A stretch of 64,000 bases of DNA, taken from positions 96,001 to 160,000 of the forward strand of contig CM000153.2 in assembly GCA_000004695.1 (NCBI GenBank). The letters run 5' to 3'. Numbering within the stretch: position 1 is the stretch's first letter; each line of letters starts with the position of its first letter. The notes beneath the pieces were generated by a model that was given only the letters and a program-made list of their open reading frames with translations, was not told the DNA's origin and ran no database searches. Source of the DNA: Dictyostelium discoideum (Eukaryota). Both the position numbers and the translations under genes were made by a program. This document shows positions 26,401 through 44,950 of the stretch, piece by piece.

Positions 26401-26510
26401 TTTACATCATGTTGGAGATTTTAAAACTTTCTTCACAGAGCAACAACAAAATACAGATAATATCCTTGAATTATCAATAAATAAATATATTTTTTTAAAA
26501 ATATTTGAAA

Positions 26511-26589
<79 letters not shown>
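26511..26589. repeat. (AAT)26 microsatellite in the 3' flank of the kinase gene.
   Basis: Direct reading. Track ORFs 26369-26608 and 26407-26670 are translations of this repeat. Confidence 0.9.
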
Positions 26590-26591
<2 letters not shown>

Positions 26592-26740
26592 GAATAATAA
26601 TGAAATGATTAATAAATAAAAATAATAATTTTTTTTGAAATAATAAATAAAATAAAAAATTAAGTATCAATTTATTTATTTATTTATTTTTTAATTTTAA
26701 AATTAATCTTCAATGATTCTTAATTCTTGGTTATTAATAA

Positions 26741-27537
26741 TTAATTAATTAAAAAATTTTTGGGTGGAAAATTATCATAATCAGTTGAAATTTGATTAGA
26801 GAATGGTCTTGTAGCAAATGATTGAATTAAATGATCAATGAAATCAGTATCATTTGGATATTTTTGTTTTAAATTTGGATTTGTTTTTAAAACTGATAAA
26901 GATTTCTTTAATTTTGATAAAGTTGTTGAACGTTCCATAGTTGTTTTAAATTGTGATAACATTTCAAAGAAAATCACACCAACACTATATAAATCAGTTT
27001 TTTGATTATAATTATCACCTTGTTCTTGTTCATTACTACTATATAAATAAGTGCCTAATCCACCCACCTTTTTATTGTTATTATTGTTATTGTTAATGTT
27101 ATTGTTATTGTTATTGTTACTATCTACTGTTAATGATTCAATCGTAGTTGCTAAACCGAAATCACCAATTTTAATACCAAATGGTGATTGACAAACAAAT
27201 ACATTATCAGGTGTAATATCACGATGAACGAAACCTTGTGAATGAATATATTTCAATGCAACTAAGATTTGTCTAGTTATCTCTCTACATTGTTTAATAT
27301 CCAATGATATCAATATATTGGTTCCAATTGGATTTGCAATGGATGATGTTGATTGAATTGATGTTATTGATTTAATATTATTAATTTCATTTATTAAATT
27401 TCTTAATGTACTATATTTACATAATTCCATTTGTATATATAATGAAAATTTCTTTTGTTTTAATTGATTATAATTATTATTATCATCATTTGTGCATTCA
27501 CTTATTGATAAATTTCCATTACCTATACTATAACTAC

Positions 27538-27568
<31 letters not shown>

Positions 27569-28654
27569 GTTTGAAATATATGTTGCTTTGTTATTTGAAT
27601 AACTATTTGATGAATTTGAAACTAATGATGATGATGATGCTGCTGCTGATACTGATGAATAAGAAGATGATGGAAATGAATCAATATTCTCAAATAAGTT
27701 ATTATCATTTTCACCATAATGATCAATTGAGTTATTTGTTATAATTTCTTCTTCAATCCAAGAACCATAATATCTTACGATATTAGGATGATTTAATCTT
27801 GCCATTGCTCTAACTTCCATTAATTCTTTTGTTGGAATTTTTTGATTTACTTTGATTCTTTTTACTGCATATTCCATTTGGTCAAATATATTACAACATT
27901 GAAAAACAATACCAAACCCACCTTTACCAAGTACTCTTACATCATTAAATTCATTATTAAATCTACTATTATTATTATTATTATTGTTATTTAAAGATTT
28001 TGATGATACTGACGATGATGACGATAATGTTGATGATGACGATGATGATGCTGATGATGATGCTGATGATAAAGTTTGTGATGACTCTGATAATGATGAA
28101 GAAGATGATGAAGAAGATATTGAATCATTGTTATAATTATCATTATTATTATTATCAATAAGATTATTATTATCATTATTATTATTACTATTAGTTAAAC
28201 TATTATTAATACTATTTAAGTGAAGTAAACTTGAATTTAATTTATTTAATGTATTGATTTTTGAAGCTAGTGAAATCTTTTTATTACTAATTTTTGAAAC
28301 AGATATACCAGAATCTGCTAATAAATTGGTCATTTGACTAATATCCTTATTGTTAATAGCCACTAAAGTAATGTTACTTCTATGTGATGCTCTATTAAAT
28401 TTGTTATTATTTTTAATATTATCATTATTATTATTATTGCTATTGCTATTGTTAGTATTATTATTATTATTATCTATTGATTTTGTTGTGCTATTGTTTT
28501 GTGTATTGGCAGCAGTGATTGGTTTTGAACTTTCATTATTATTATTATTATTTGAACCATTAAAATTTAAACTGAACAAAAGACTTCCATTATTATTATT
28601 ACTCGAAAGTGAATTTCCAATTCTTTTGGTTGCACTCGAGGTAAACTTCCACAT
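26741..28654 (-). CDS. Ser/Thr protein kinase with eIF2alpha-kinase-like features and long Asn/Ser-rich regions, 637 aa.
   Basis: Kinase motifs are LGKGGFGIVFQC, YAVKRIKV, HRDITPDNVFV, IKIGDFGLA, GTYLYSSNEQ and DLYSVGVIFFEML. There is a long insert between subdomains IV and V and an activation segment of the GT.LY.SPE type, both characteristic of eIF2alpha kinases. The catalytic loop has Thr where the HRDLKPxN Lys is expected. Confidence 0.7.
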
Positions 28655-28797
28655 CTTTTTTTTTTTTTTTTTGAAAAAAAAGAAAAAATAAGTGGAAGGT
28701 GTTTTTTTTTTTTTTTTTTGTATAATAGATTGATTGTTCTTGATTGATTAATTAATCTCTGATTTTAAAACCCAAACTCTATTACTAATTAATTGTT

Positions 28798-28829
<32 letters not shown>

Positions 28830-29456
28830 TATAATTGAGAGGAAAAATGATCCGTAACACGTGGAGATTAATTCTCAAAAATTTCAAAATTTTTTTTTTC
28901 AATTTTTTTTTTTTTAATTAATTTTTTTTTTTTTATTATTTTTATTTTTTTGGGCAACGCTAAATAATTTAACCATTAAAAAAAAAATTTATTAATGACA
29001 CCTTAGAAAAAAAGAATTGATAAAATCGGAAATCCTTTTCCACTTTTTACCGATCTACAATTTTTGTCCAAAAAAGAAATTTGATTTTTTTTTTTAAAAA
29101 AAAAAAAAAAAAACCACACATATAGAAATCACCGAATTTGTTCATTTTGGTAATAAAAAAAAAATGATAAAATGAAAAAAAATCAAAAAAAAATAAAATT
29201 GGGTTCCATTTTACAATTATTTTGATCAGACAAATTTTTTTATTTTTTTTTATTTTTTTTTATTAATATTTTCAATTTAATAAAAAAAAGAATAAAAAAA
29301 AACCACAATATTAATATTGAGAGGGCGAGTATTTATTAAATCACAAATTTCTTTTTATGATTATTTTTTTTGTATCACTGTTTAGATTATTATAATATTC
29401 AATGTGGTTTCATCTTTTTAAAACTTGATATTTATCAACAAAAAAAATCTTATTTT

Positions 29457-29496
<40 letters not shown>

Positions 29497-31873
29497 TTTA
29501 ATTTTTTTTTTTATTTTTTTTTATTTTTTTTTATTTTTTTTTATTTTTTTTTATTTTTTTATTTTTTTATTTTTTTTTTTAATATAATTATTTTTCATTT
29601 ATCAATATTATTAATAAATAAACAAAAATAATTAGGGTTATTACTAAAATAAAACTATTTTCAATCAATTATTATTGTATTTTTTTACTTGCAATTTAAA
29701 TCTTTTTTTTTTTTTTATTTTTTTTTTTTATTTTTTTTTTTTCCCTAAAAATTTAAAAAAAAAAAAAATTTAAAATTTTAAAAATAAAAACAATTTTTTA
29801 AAGGTAATAGTTTAAACAATAAACCAATCAAAAAAACCATAAATAATTTTTTAATAGCAAGACAAAAAAAAAAAAAAAAAAAAAAAAAGTTGTGTGAAAA
29901 CTTAAAAGGTTTTTTTTTTTTAATTTATTTTTTATTATTTTTTTTATTTTTTTTTAAAATTACTTTTTTTTTTTTCTTTTTAAAATTTTATTTTTTTAAA
30001 TTAAATAGGAAAAAAAAAAAAAAAAAAAAAAAAAAACCAAAAACAATAATAATATGTAGATATTTATTTCATATATTCATTTTTTTTAGTTTTTTTAAAA
30101 AATATTATTATTATTTTTATTTTATATTTTTTTTTTTAAATTTTTTTAATATTATTTTTTTTAATATTATTTTTTTTTTTTTTTTTTTTTGTATAAATAT
30201 AGAAATAAATAAAATTTATATTATATTTATTTAAAAAAAAAAAAAAAACCGTAATATTTTTTTGTTTTGTTAAAGCTGGAAATCAATTGGCAGATTTTCC
30301 CTTTTTAAGAATTTTGACCTCTAAGCCCATATAATCAACTATATATGCGCAATTACAATGCTTAAAAAAAAAAAAATAATAAATAAAAAATAAAAATTAA
30401 AAATAATAATAATAAAAAAAAAATTAAAAAAAAAAAATAAAACGAAAAGAAGAAAGAAAAAAAAAAAAGTAGGAAAAAAAAAAAACAATAATTATTTCAT
30501 TTTTTTTTTTTTTTTTTTTTTTAAATTTTGTAATTATTAAGCGATAAAAACAAATAAACTAGGTAATTTTAAGATTTTTTATAATTATCCAGATTTTTTT
30601 AATTTTTTTTTATTTTTAAACATAATTTTAAAATAGTAAAATTAATTTTGGAAAACAAAAGAGTAAACTTCAAATACTAAAAATAATATACACATTTTTT
30701 TTTTTTTTTCCAAAATTATTTTATTCTTAAGAATTCAACAACAAACCCTTTCACATTTTTCCTTTTTTTATTATTTTATTTTATTTTTTTTTATTTAAAA
30801 TTTTTTTTTTTAATTTAATATTTTATTTATTTTTTTATTTTTTTTTTAAAATTTTTTTTTTATTTTTTTTAATTCAAGTCATTTTAAAAATTATTTCTTT
30901 AAGATTTAAGACAAAATAAATAATAAAAATAAAAATAATAATAATAATAATAATAAAACACATTGTTTTCTCTCATTAAATAACCCCTATCTCACCCCAT
31001 TTTCGAAAACAAAACAAAAAGTAGTGTTTTCAGAATACACACTTTTTTTTTTTTTTTTTTTTTTAATATTTATTTTTAACAAAAAAAAAAAAATAAATAT
31101 TTATTTAGCGCATTTATAAATGCTGCCACCCACTACGAATTATACACGAATATACAAAAAAAATAAAATTTTAAAAAAAAAAATAATAAAGCAAAAATAA
31201 ATTAAAATATACATTTATAAGTTTAAATAAAAGTATATAGGTTTTTTTTTTTTTTATGTGTAAAGGTAAAAAGAGGTTTTTTTTTTAATTATTATTTTTG
31301 GTTTTTTATTTATTATTATTATTATTTAAAAATTATTCATTATATTTTATTTTTTAAAAAAAAAAAAAAAAAAAAAATTTTTACTCTATTTTATTATTAT
31401 TTTTATCATTATTTATTTATTTTCCATCTATATACCCCCAAAAAAAAAAAAATAAAATAAAATAAAATAAAATAAAAAAAAATAAAAACTATAGTTTCGA
31501 AAAAAAACAAAAAAGCATGGATTTTAATGAATGGAAATACTAATTATTTATCATATATAATTTTTTTTTTTATTTCTTTTATTTTTTTTAATTTTTAAAA
31601 ATTTGTTTTTACAATTATATTTTTAGAGTACCATTATTAATTTAATAGTAGTGAAATTTAAAAAAGAGTAAAAAAATAAAAAAAAAAATAAAAACAATTA
31701 AAAAAAAATAAAAAAAGAAAAAAAAAATAAGAAAGAAAGAAACAAATATAAAGTTTTTTCAAAAAAAAAAATAAATAAATATAAATTATTTTATTTATAG
31801 GGATAATAAAAATAATTAATAATAATAACTAAAAAAAAAAAAAAAAAAAAGTCAAAAAAATAGTATAAAAAGA

Positions 31874-37086
<5,213 letters not shown>

Positions 37087-37100
37087 AAAAAAAGAAAAAC

Positions 37101-37137
<37 letters not shown>

Positions 37138-37294
37138 AGAAAACTTTTACATAATACATTTTAATTAATTATTATAGTTTACTTTTTTTTTTTTTATTAC
37201 AAAGAAAAAGAAATAAAAAATTTAATAAAAATAAATTTTTTGAATTTGTACAAATTAATAATTAACATTGTTTATTAGATTATTTTTTTATTTT

Positions 37295-37387
37295 TTATTT
37301 TTTATTTGAATATAAATTAAAAATCAAATAAAAACAAAATGTTAACATTGAAACTATTATAATAATTGAATTTAAAAAACCAATTTT

Positions 37388-37452
<65 letters not shown>

Positions 37453-38839
37453 GATTAATTAAAGGTTTATAATTTGGAATAAATTTTGGAATGATTTCAT
37501 TTGAAACTCTTTCAGCAGATTCAAGTGCTCCCTCCATATATCCAGACCACTCAGTTGAAGTTTCAGTACCAGCGAAATGAATATTACCAATTTGTTTTCT
37601 TAAAGATTCATTGTATTTATGATAGTTTTTATTTGAACCAATGATACAACCATAACCACCTTTTGACCATTGATTTTTTGTCCAATCTTTATCTATGTAA
37701 TGTTTTGGAGTTAAAGCTCTTTGATCAGAGTTGAAACTTTTATAAATGATTTTAATTGCTTCTTCTTTTCTTTCAGATTCCGATTTCATTGACCATTCAT
37801 CTGTATAATCACCCTCAAAGAAACCAATAATCGATGGTTTCGAACCATCCTCGAATGAACCATCATAACAAAATGAAATTGAACTACCATCATTAACGAT
37901 TTCACCACTAAATCCCAATTCTCTCCACCAACATTGATCATAAAATATAATGAATTTTATAACTTTACCCATTTCCATTGATTTTGTTAATAATCTTCTT
38001 TCATTTGGTAATTCAGGTTGATAAATTATTGAATCTGCTAAATTTGGTGGTACTGTAATCACTAAATTTTTACATAAATAATATGATATTTCATTTGTAA
38101 TTACATTTTTACTTGATATTCTAATTAAATTATTTTCATTATTTTCATTATTTTCATTTCGATTTTGATTTTGATTATTATAATCTTGTTCAACTTTAAA
38201 AACTTGAGAATTTAATTTGATATTACCATTATTACCATAAAAAAAAGTGCCAGAATTATTTGTTAATTTTGAAGGGAATAAAAGTTTTTTTGATAAAATT
38301 TTTGAAAGATTATGTGAACTACCAAATACTCTATCTTGTTGTGCACCACCTTCAACTTCCATTGCTTTAACTACACCACCAGAACTTTTAAAATAGGTTA
38401 ATACAAATAACATTGATAGATTTTTAGGTTGACTTGAAAATATGGCTAAAATAGTAATTTCAATTAATTTCTTTGAAGTTTCAAAGAAAATATTTTGATT
38501 AATCCAATCTTGAAAACTTATTGAATCATAATATTCACATTTCTTCCATTGTGATATATTTTTTAAATCTTTGATTTGGTTGGCTAAATAATCAATTCTC
38601 CACATTACAATTTGAATTTCAATTATATATTGTAATCCAACTGGTGGTATTAATGATGAGTATCGATATAGTTTACCATTGATTTCTAATACTTTTTTAC
38701 CTTTTTGTTGTTGTGGAAATATACTTTGATTACATTCTTTAATTAATTCATTAATTCTATATTGTGTTGGTCCAACCCATTGACCACCAATATCCCATGA
38801 ATAATTTTCAAATTGAATTGAATCTGTTCTACCTCCAAC

Positions 38840-38870
<31 letters not shown>

Positions 38871-39115
38871 ATATAAAAAAAAAAAAATAAAAAAAAAAAA
38901 TTTTAGTAAAAAGATAGAGATAGATTTGGTGTGGTCGAATGAAAATTAAAAAAAAAAAAAAAAAAAAAATTATTTTATTTTTATTAATAAATACATACAT
39001 CTTTTGCCTCTAATACCAAAACATTTATATTTTGATTTTTTAATAGATTTGCTGTTTTTAAACCTGATAATCCTGCTCCAATAACAATACAATCAAAAAT
39101 AATATTTTCTTCCAT
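37295..39115 (-). CDS. Flavin-containing amine oxidase (MAO-like) with a C-terminal poly-Gln tract and tail anchor. Two exons, 39115-38995 and 38838-37295, about 554 aa.
   Basis: Exon 1 (not in the ORF track) is [40 protein letters not shown], carrying the dinucleotide-binding GxGxxG motif. It ends at the GTATTT donor in phase 1. The acceptor aag|TT gives [35 protein letters not shown], comparable to human MAO LEARDRVGGRTYT...GGAYVGPTQNRI. Later comes [25 protein letters not shown], then Q22, then the hydrophobic [30 protein letters not shown]. Confidence 0.8.
37389..37453. repeat. (GTT)n of about 21 units, encoding the poly-Gln of the amine oxidase on the minus strand.
   Basis: Direct reading of the sequence. 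Confidence 0.95.
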
Positions 39116-39185
39116 TTTTTAAAAAAAAAAAAAAAAAATTGAATTTTGAAATTTTTTTTTATTAAAAAACAATGAAATAAAGATA

Positions 39186-39230
<45 letters not shown>

Positions 39231-39728
39231 TATTGTGAATAAAATTTCTGTGTGTGAAAAAAAAAAAAATAAAAAATAATTTTAAAATAAAATAATTATT
39301 TTTTTTTTTTTTTTTTTTTTTGGGGTTGGCAACAATTAAACAATTTTCATACCAAAACCCATTAAAAAAAAAAAAATATAAAAAATTTTAAAAAAAATTT
39401 AAAATAGTGTGTTTTAAACAAAAATAATAAAAAAAAATAAAAAAATAATAAAAAAAAAGTATTTGAAGCAATGAATGAGTGATAATTAATTTATCTCATA
39501 ATCAAAAGGTAAAAATGGGTCCCCGCATTTTGAAAAGTGATCGAAATTTGAATCGGATTTTTGAATATTTTTAATCATCCCAAAGATATTTTTTTTAAAA
39601 TAAAAAAATAATTAAAAATAAAAAAAAATAAAAATATAAAATAAAAAAAAAAAAAAAAAAAAAAAAAAAAGATTTTTTTTTATAAAATTTTTTTTTTAAA
39701 AATTTTTATTTTGATTGCACCGTTGCAA

Positions 39729-39759
<31 letters not shown>

Positions 39760-40002
39760 AAAAAACGCAACAAAAATAATATCAATAGTAACAACAGAAG
39801 TAATAATAACAATAACACTATTTATTATTTTAAATAAATTATTTTAAAGGAAAAAAATAATCAAAATAAGGTAAAATTTATGTGATATCAACATTTTATT
39901 GTGATATTGTGTGTATGTGTGTGTATATATACATATTCATTTTAGTATTATATATAAAATTAAAAATAAAAATTATCTTTTAATTTTTTTTTTAAATCAC
40001 TC

Positions 40003-40036
<34 letters not shown>

Positions 40037-40531
40037 CGGGGAATAATAATTTTTTAAAAACCCTGGAATTTATTTAGAATAAAATAAAATAAAATAAAAT
40101 AAAATAAAATAAAATAAAATAAAATAAAATAAAAGGATTAAAGAAACTAAAGACTAAACCACCATCAATATTTTTTTGTTTTTTTTTTTTTTTTTTTTTT
40201 TAGATTGCTTATTCTCTTAAATAAATAAAAAAAAAAAAAAAAAGGAAAATGTTTTTTTTTTATTTTTTTCCATGGATATCTTGTGTGTCAAAAAAAAAAA
40301 ATAAATAAATAAAAAAAAAATAATAATAAAACAAGATTTGGGGTGGTGGGGTGTGACGATAGTATGTGTACACCAACAGTATCAAAAAATTGTATTTTAA
40401 TTTAATTTATTTATTTTTTATTTTTTTTATTTTTATTTTCTATTAAAAAAAAAAAAAAAAAAAAAAAATTATCACGATACTACTTCCACCACCGTTATAT
40501 CACTACTAGTATTTTATTTAATTAAATTATT

Positions 40532-40566
<35 letters not shown>

Positions 40567-40588
40567 TTATTTATTTCCACCCATCAAT

Positions 40589-40623
<35 letters not shown>

Positions 40624-40751
40624 ATAAAAAAACAAATTGTTTTTTTTTATTTATACTTTATACAGCTAAATATTTAGTCTGTTATCATAATAAAAAAACA
40701 TAAAATTGTTAATGTTGTTTAAAATAAAAAAAAAAAGAAAAAAGTTTAGAG

Positions 40752-40792
<41 letters not shown>

Positions 40793-41390
40793 CAAAAATC
40801 GTAGAAAAGAGGAAATCATTTACAAATTATTTTTACAAATAAATAATTAGATCTATAATACCAAATTAGAATATAAATTATTTTTTAAAGAAACATACAC
40901 GCAGAGGAGCACTATTTATGTGTTTATAATTCAAAAAAAACAATCAACAATTGTGTGTATCCAATATGTTTTTTTTTTTTTTTTAAAAATTTTCAAATGT
41001 TTAGAAAATTCCACCCCCCCACAAACAATTAATACTTTTTTTTTTATTATATTATTTTTTTATTTTATATATATTAGGTTTATTTTATTTATTTTTTAAA
41101 TTTTTTTTTTTATTATTTACCACTCTCAATAATAACAATTAATTAATCACAAAAAAAAAAAAAAAAAAAAAAAAGAATAAAAAAATACACCCTTTGTCAA
41201 ATTGTTTGATATTTAGTTATAAATAATCAATTCAATTTGGTAATAGTTTTATCATTTAAAAATAATTTTTTTTATTTTTTTTTTTTTTATTTTTTTTTTT
41301 AAAAATATTATATTTATTTAAATTTTTTAATTTTTGTTTTAAATACACACACAAACACACACAACTTTTATCCAAATACATATAAAATCA

Positions 41391-41394
<4 letters not shown>

Positions 41395-41447
<53 letters not shown>
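41395..41447. repeat. Homopolymer T of about 53 nt followed by (CTTTT)n, in a 3-kb divergent intergenic region.
   Basis: Direct reading. Nearby are (AAAAT)10 at 40081-40134, an (AC)-rich stretch at 41341-41368, (AACAACC)n at 41916-41950 and (TTA)19 at 41990-42047. Confidence 0.9.
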
Positions 41448-41981
41448 CTTTCTTTTCTTTTCTTTTCCTTCGTACTTTTTTTTTATTTTTTATTTTTTAT
41501 TTTTTTTATTTTTCTAAATATCAATCAACAAATTTTTTATTTTTATTTTTTTTTAATTATTAACAGAAATAAAAAGTTCAAATCAAAAAAATCAAAAAAA
41601 ACTTTTTTTTTTAAAACAAAGATTTTTATCAAATTTCAAATAAAAATCTTTTTTTATTTTAATTTTATTTTTTTAAAAATTTTTTTTTTATTCCATCATC
41701 ATTTTTTTAAAAAAAAAAAAAAATTTTTGTTAACACAAAAAAAAAAAAAATAAAAATAAAATTTAAAAAACTAAATAATTTTTATAGAAATAGGAGAAAG
41801 AGTGTAAAAGTGAAAAACGAGAGATAAAAATTAAAAAAACAAGATAGGGATAACAATAACTAAAAGAAATATAATTTAAAATTATTAACGAATACTTTAA
41901 CGATAATAATAATAACAACAACCAACAACCAACAACAACCAACAACAACTGTATATTTTAATTAGTAGTGGTAGAAGTATA

Positions 41982-42045
<64 letters not shown>

Positions 42046-42074
42046 GTACAATATTATTTATAAATATTTATGAA

Positions 42075-43277
42075 ATGGGTACATGTGGATCGAAACCATC
42101 AAAAAATAAAAACAACAAAACAAATATAAAAAAGAATAATAAAAATAATAAAGATACAAAGAGATTAAGTTCAAATCTATCAAAGAATGGTGGTAGTACG
42201 TCATCATCATTACAACAATTTGATAATGGTATAAATGGTGGAGATGCAAAGAAATTTCATGACGAACATAAGAATAATTTAAATCAAGTTGCATTGAATT
42301 GGAAACCAAATACCATTGGAATTTGGAAGAGATCACATGAAAAGTTAGCAATTCATACCGATATACCAAGATTAGGACACAAGATTGAAATTATAGATAA
42401 AATGGATAGACTTCAAAATATTAGTTTTTCAAATGTTACTTCAATCTCTTTAAATAATAATATTATACCACCAAATAATAATACTGATATAAAGAGTAAA
42501 GATGATGGTGGTAATGATAATGATAATAATAAAGAAAATGAAGAACAACAACAAGAACAATTAGAACAACAAGAAAAACAATCAATTGAAGTAACACCAA
42601 AATCTGAACAATTAATTGAACATAATTCAAAATATACATCATTGACAACGTTAACATCACATGGTACATTTTCAACAGCACAAGTATTGAAAAAAGAAGA
42701 GGTAGTATATCAAGTTTTAACCAATTTAGCTCATCTATTAGATGGTGAGGAGAAAGAAAAGAGAATAAAAAGTACATTTTCAAACTATATTAAAGGATCT
42801 GGTGATATGTCACAACAACTATTGGCATTATTGGGTCAAGAAGTTGGTGAGAATAGTAGATTGATGCAATTGTTGAAAGTTTGTCATCAGAAAATCATTC
42901 TTCCAAGTTATTATTTCATCAAGGCAAATCTATTTGAAGAATTACCATTCAGAGATAAAAGAGGTAGTTGGAGAATGAGAATCACCTTTGAAACTGATGG
43001 ATCTGTGATTGCATCTCATTCAAAACGACAACAATCAACAGCTGGTGCTGAAAATGATCCTGAATTCGAATTTGAATGGTGTCTCTCCATTATCTTTGAT
43101 AAAGATATGGTCATTAGTGGTCTAAAGGTTGAAGTGACCGATTTAATCATTAGTAAAAATATTTCAGACGATAAAAAACAAGAAATTCAACGTGCTTTCC
43201 AAGTTTTACAACAAGCTACAAATAATACAAATAGTAATAATAATTCTGAACCAATACCATTAAATAAAGTCGATTAA
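42075..43277 (+). CDS. Hypothetical 400-aa protein with an N-terminal myristoylation/palmitoylation motif (MGTCGSK).
   Basis: Continuous ORF. Gly2, Cys4 and Ser6 fit the MGxxxS/T N-myristoylation consensus, with an adjacent Cys for palmitate. The C-terminal 200 aa (LLKVCHQKIILPSYYFIKANLFEELPFRDKRGSWRMRITFETDGSVIASHSK...) look globular, but I cannot assign a domain. Confidence 0.55.
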   Translation: MGTCGSKPSKNKNNKTNIKKNNKNNKDTKRLSSNLSKNGGSTSSSLQQFDNGINGGDAKKFHDEHKNNLNQVALNWKPNTIGIWKRSHEKLAIHTDIPRLGHKIEIIDKMDRLQNISFSNVTSISLNNNIIPPNNNTDIKSKDDGGNDNDNNKENEEQQQEQLEQQEKQSIEVTPKSEQLIEHNSKYTSLTTLTSHGTFSTAQVLKKEEVVYQVLTNLAHLLDGEEKEKRIKSTFSNYIKGSGDMSQQLLALLGQEVGENSRLMQLLKVCHQKIILPSYYFIKANLFEELPFRDKRGSWRMRITFETDGSVIASHSKRQQSTAGAENDPEFEFEWCLSIIFDKDMVISGLKVEVTDLIISKNISDDKKQEIQRAFQVLQQATNNTNSNNNSEPIPLNKVD

Positions 43278-43923
43278 ATTAATAAAATAAATTAATAAAA
43301 TAAATTGAAAATAAAAATAAAATAAAATAAATAATAAAAAAAAAAAAATAAAAAAAAAAAAAAAAATAAAAAAAAAAAAAAAAACAAAAGTCGATCGTAA
43401 TAATAATAATAATAATAATAACAACAATACCAATAACAAATAATATAAACACATTACTACCATAAAAATATACAATACTACTACCACTACAACTTGCAAC
43501 AACACAATTTCTTTTCTCTTTTTTTTTCTCACTCTTTTTTTTCAAAAATGTCTAAAAATAAGAGGCATCTATTTATTAAAAATTAATTAATATTTAAAAA
43601 TAAAAATGTAATAAATAATAAAATTTTATTAAAATAAAAAAAAAAAAAAAAATGAATAAAAATAGAATAATAAAAAAAAAAAAAAAAAAAAATCTAGATT
43701 AAAAATAGAAAATTCGATTGTTCGATTTGATTAGAAAAAAAAAAAAAAAAGTGTAAAAACGAATTTAGATATCTAAACCAGAGAGATCTTTTAAAAATTA
43801 TTCTTCTAATAAATACAACTATATCTTTTTTTTATTTATTAATCATTATTATTCATAAAAATTGATAATAAAAGGTTTTTTTTTTTTTTTTTTTTTTTTT
43901 GGTTTCAAAATTAAAAATATGTA

Positions 43924-44716
43924 TTAATTTGATGGGGGTATTTGTTGTTGTTGTTGTTGTGGTTTTTTAGTTGAACCAAATAAAGAAGTGATTCTATCAG
44001 AAACTGATTTTTGTTGTTGTTGTTGTTGTAATAAATTTTGTTGTTGTTGAATTGATTGTTGTTGTTGAGTATTTAAATTATTTGAAAGTTTATCTAATCT
44101 TGTCATAATGATTGCTAATTTACTATTGACTGCTAATAATTTACCCCTTGCATTTAATAACTTTTGAATATGTGGAAGTAATGGTGGTATTTGTGTAAGA
44201 TTATTGAATGAATCAAGTTCTAATTTTTATTTTATTCAATATTCAGTAGTTTGTGTATATATTTTTTGTTTAAAATTTCAATTTAAAAAATTAATTGATA
44301 AATAAATTGATTTACAATAATATTGATATTAATAATAGTAAAAGTAGTGGTAGTCATGGTGGTAGTGGTAGTGGTAGTGGTAGTGGTAGTGGTAGTGGTA
44401 GTGGTAGTGGTAGTGGTAGTGGTAGTGGTAGTGGTGGTAAGTATTTATTTTTAATAATATCTAAAAATATTTGAGAATAAAATGAAAAATAGAGGGAAGA
44501 AAAAGAAAAAAAAATAAAAATAAAAATAAAAAAGGGGCGGTGTGGGTGATAAAAAATGAAATTTAATTAATCCTTACCATGTGATAAACTATCAATTTGA
44601 TCTGAAAGTGTTTTTTGTGAATAATAAACTTCTTGAATCTTTGCATCACATTCCTTTACAACTGGTGATAATAATAAATAAAGTCCACTGGCTAAAATTG
44701 CTTTTGGATCTTGTGG

Positions 44717-44753
<37 letters not shown>

Positions 44754-44755
44754 GG

Positions 44756-44796
<41 letters not shown>

Positions 44797-44950
44797 GCTG
44801 TGGTTGTTGTTCTTCAACTTTATCTGTATTTATATTATCGTTATTATTTTGTTGTTGTTGTTGTTCATCTTTATTAATATTATTATTATTTATTTCCTCT
44901 TTTGGATTATTGTTTTCTTCAATTGCTGTATTAATTTCATTTTCACTCAT
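43924..44950 (-). CDS. Snapin (BLOC-1/BORC subunit) homologue. Two exons, 44950-44578 and 44219-43924, 222 aa.
   Basis: Exon 1 ends ...DQIDSLSH G with the GTAAGG donor in phase 1. The acceptor ttag|AA gives E-LDSFNNLTQIPPLLPHIQKLLNARGKLLAVNSKLAIIMTRLDKLSNNL, comparable to the human Snapin LDPYVKKLLNARRRVVLVNNILQNAQERLRRLN coiled coil. The 358-nt intron carries (GGTAGT)n. Confidence 0.65.
44344..44438. repeat. (GGTAGT)n hexamer repeat of about 15 units inside the snapin intron.
   Basis: Direct reading. This is a G-containing tandem repeat in an otherwise A/T intron. Confidence 0.9.

Noticed and set aside
41003-41013. CCCACAA match to the Dictyostelium upstream sequence element (DUSE) of snRNA and Class I RNA genes
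   Set aside because: Nothing RNA-like, meaning G/C-containing or structured, lies 50-80 nt downstream on either strand. It is probably a chance match in a 3-kb spacer.
43530-43600. Tiny ORF MSKNKRHLFIKN* in the 3' flank of the 42075 gene
   Set aside because: It is 12 codons with no splice donor, most likely chance.
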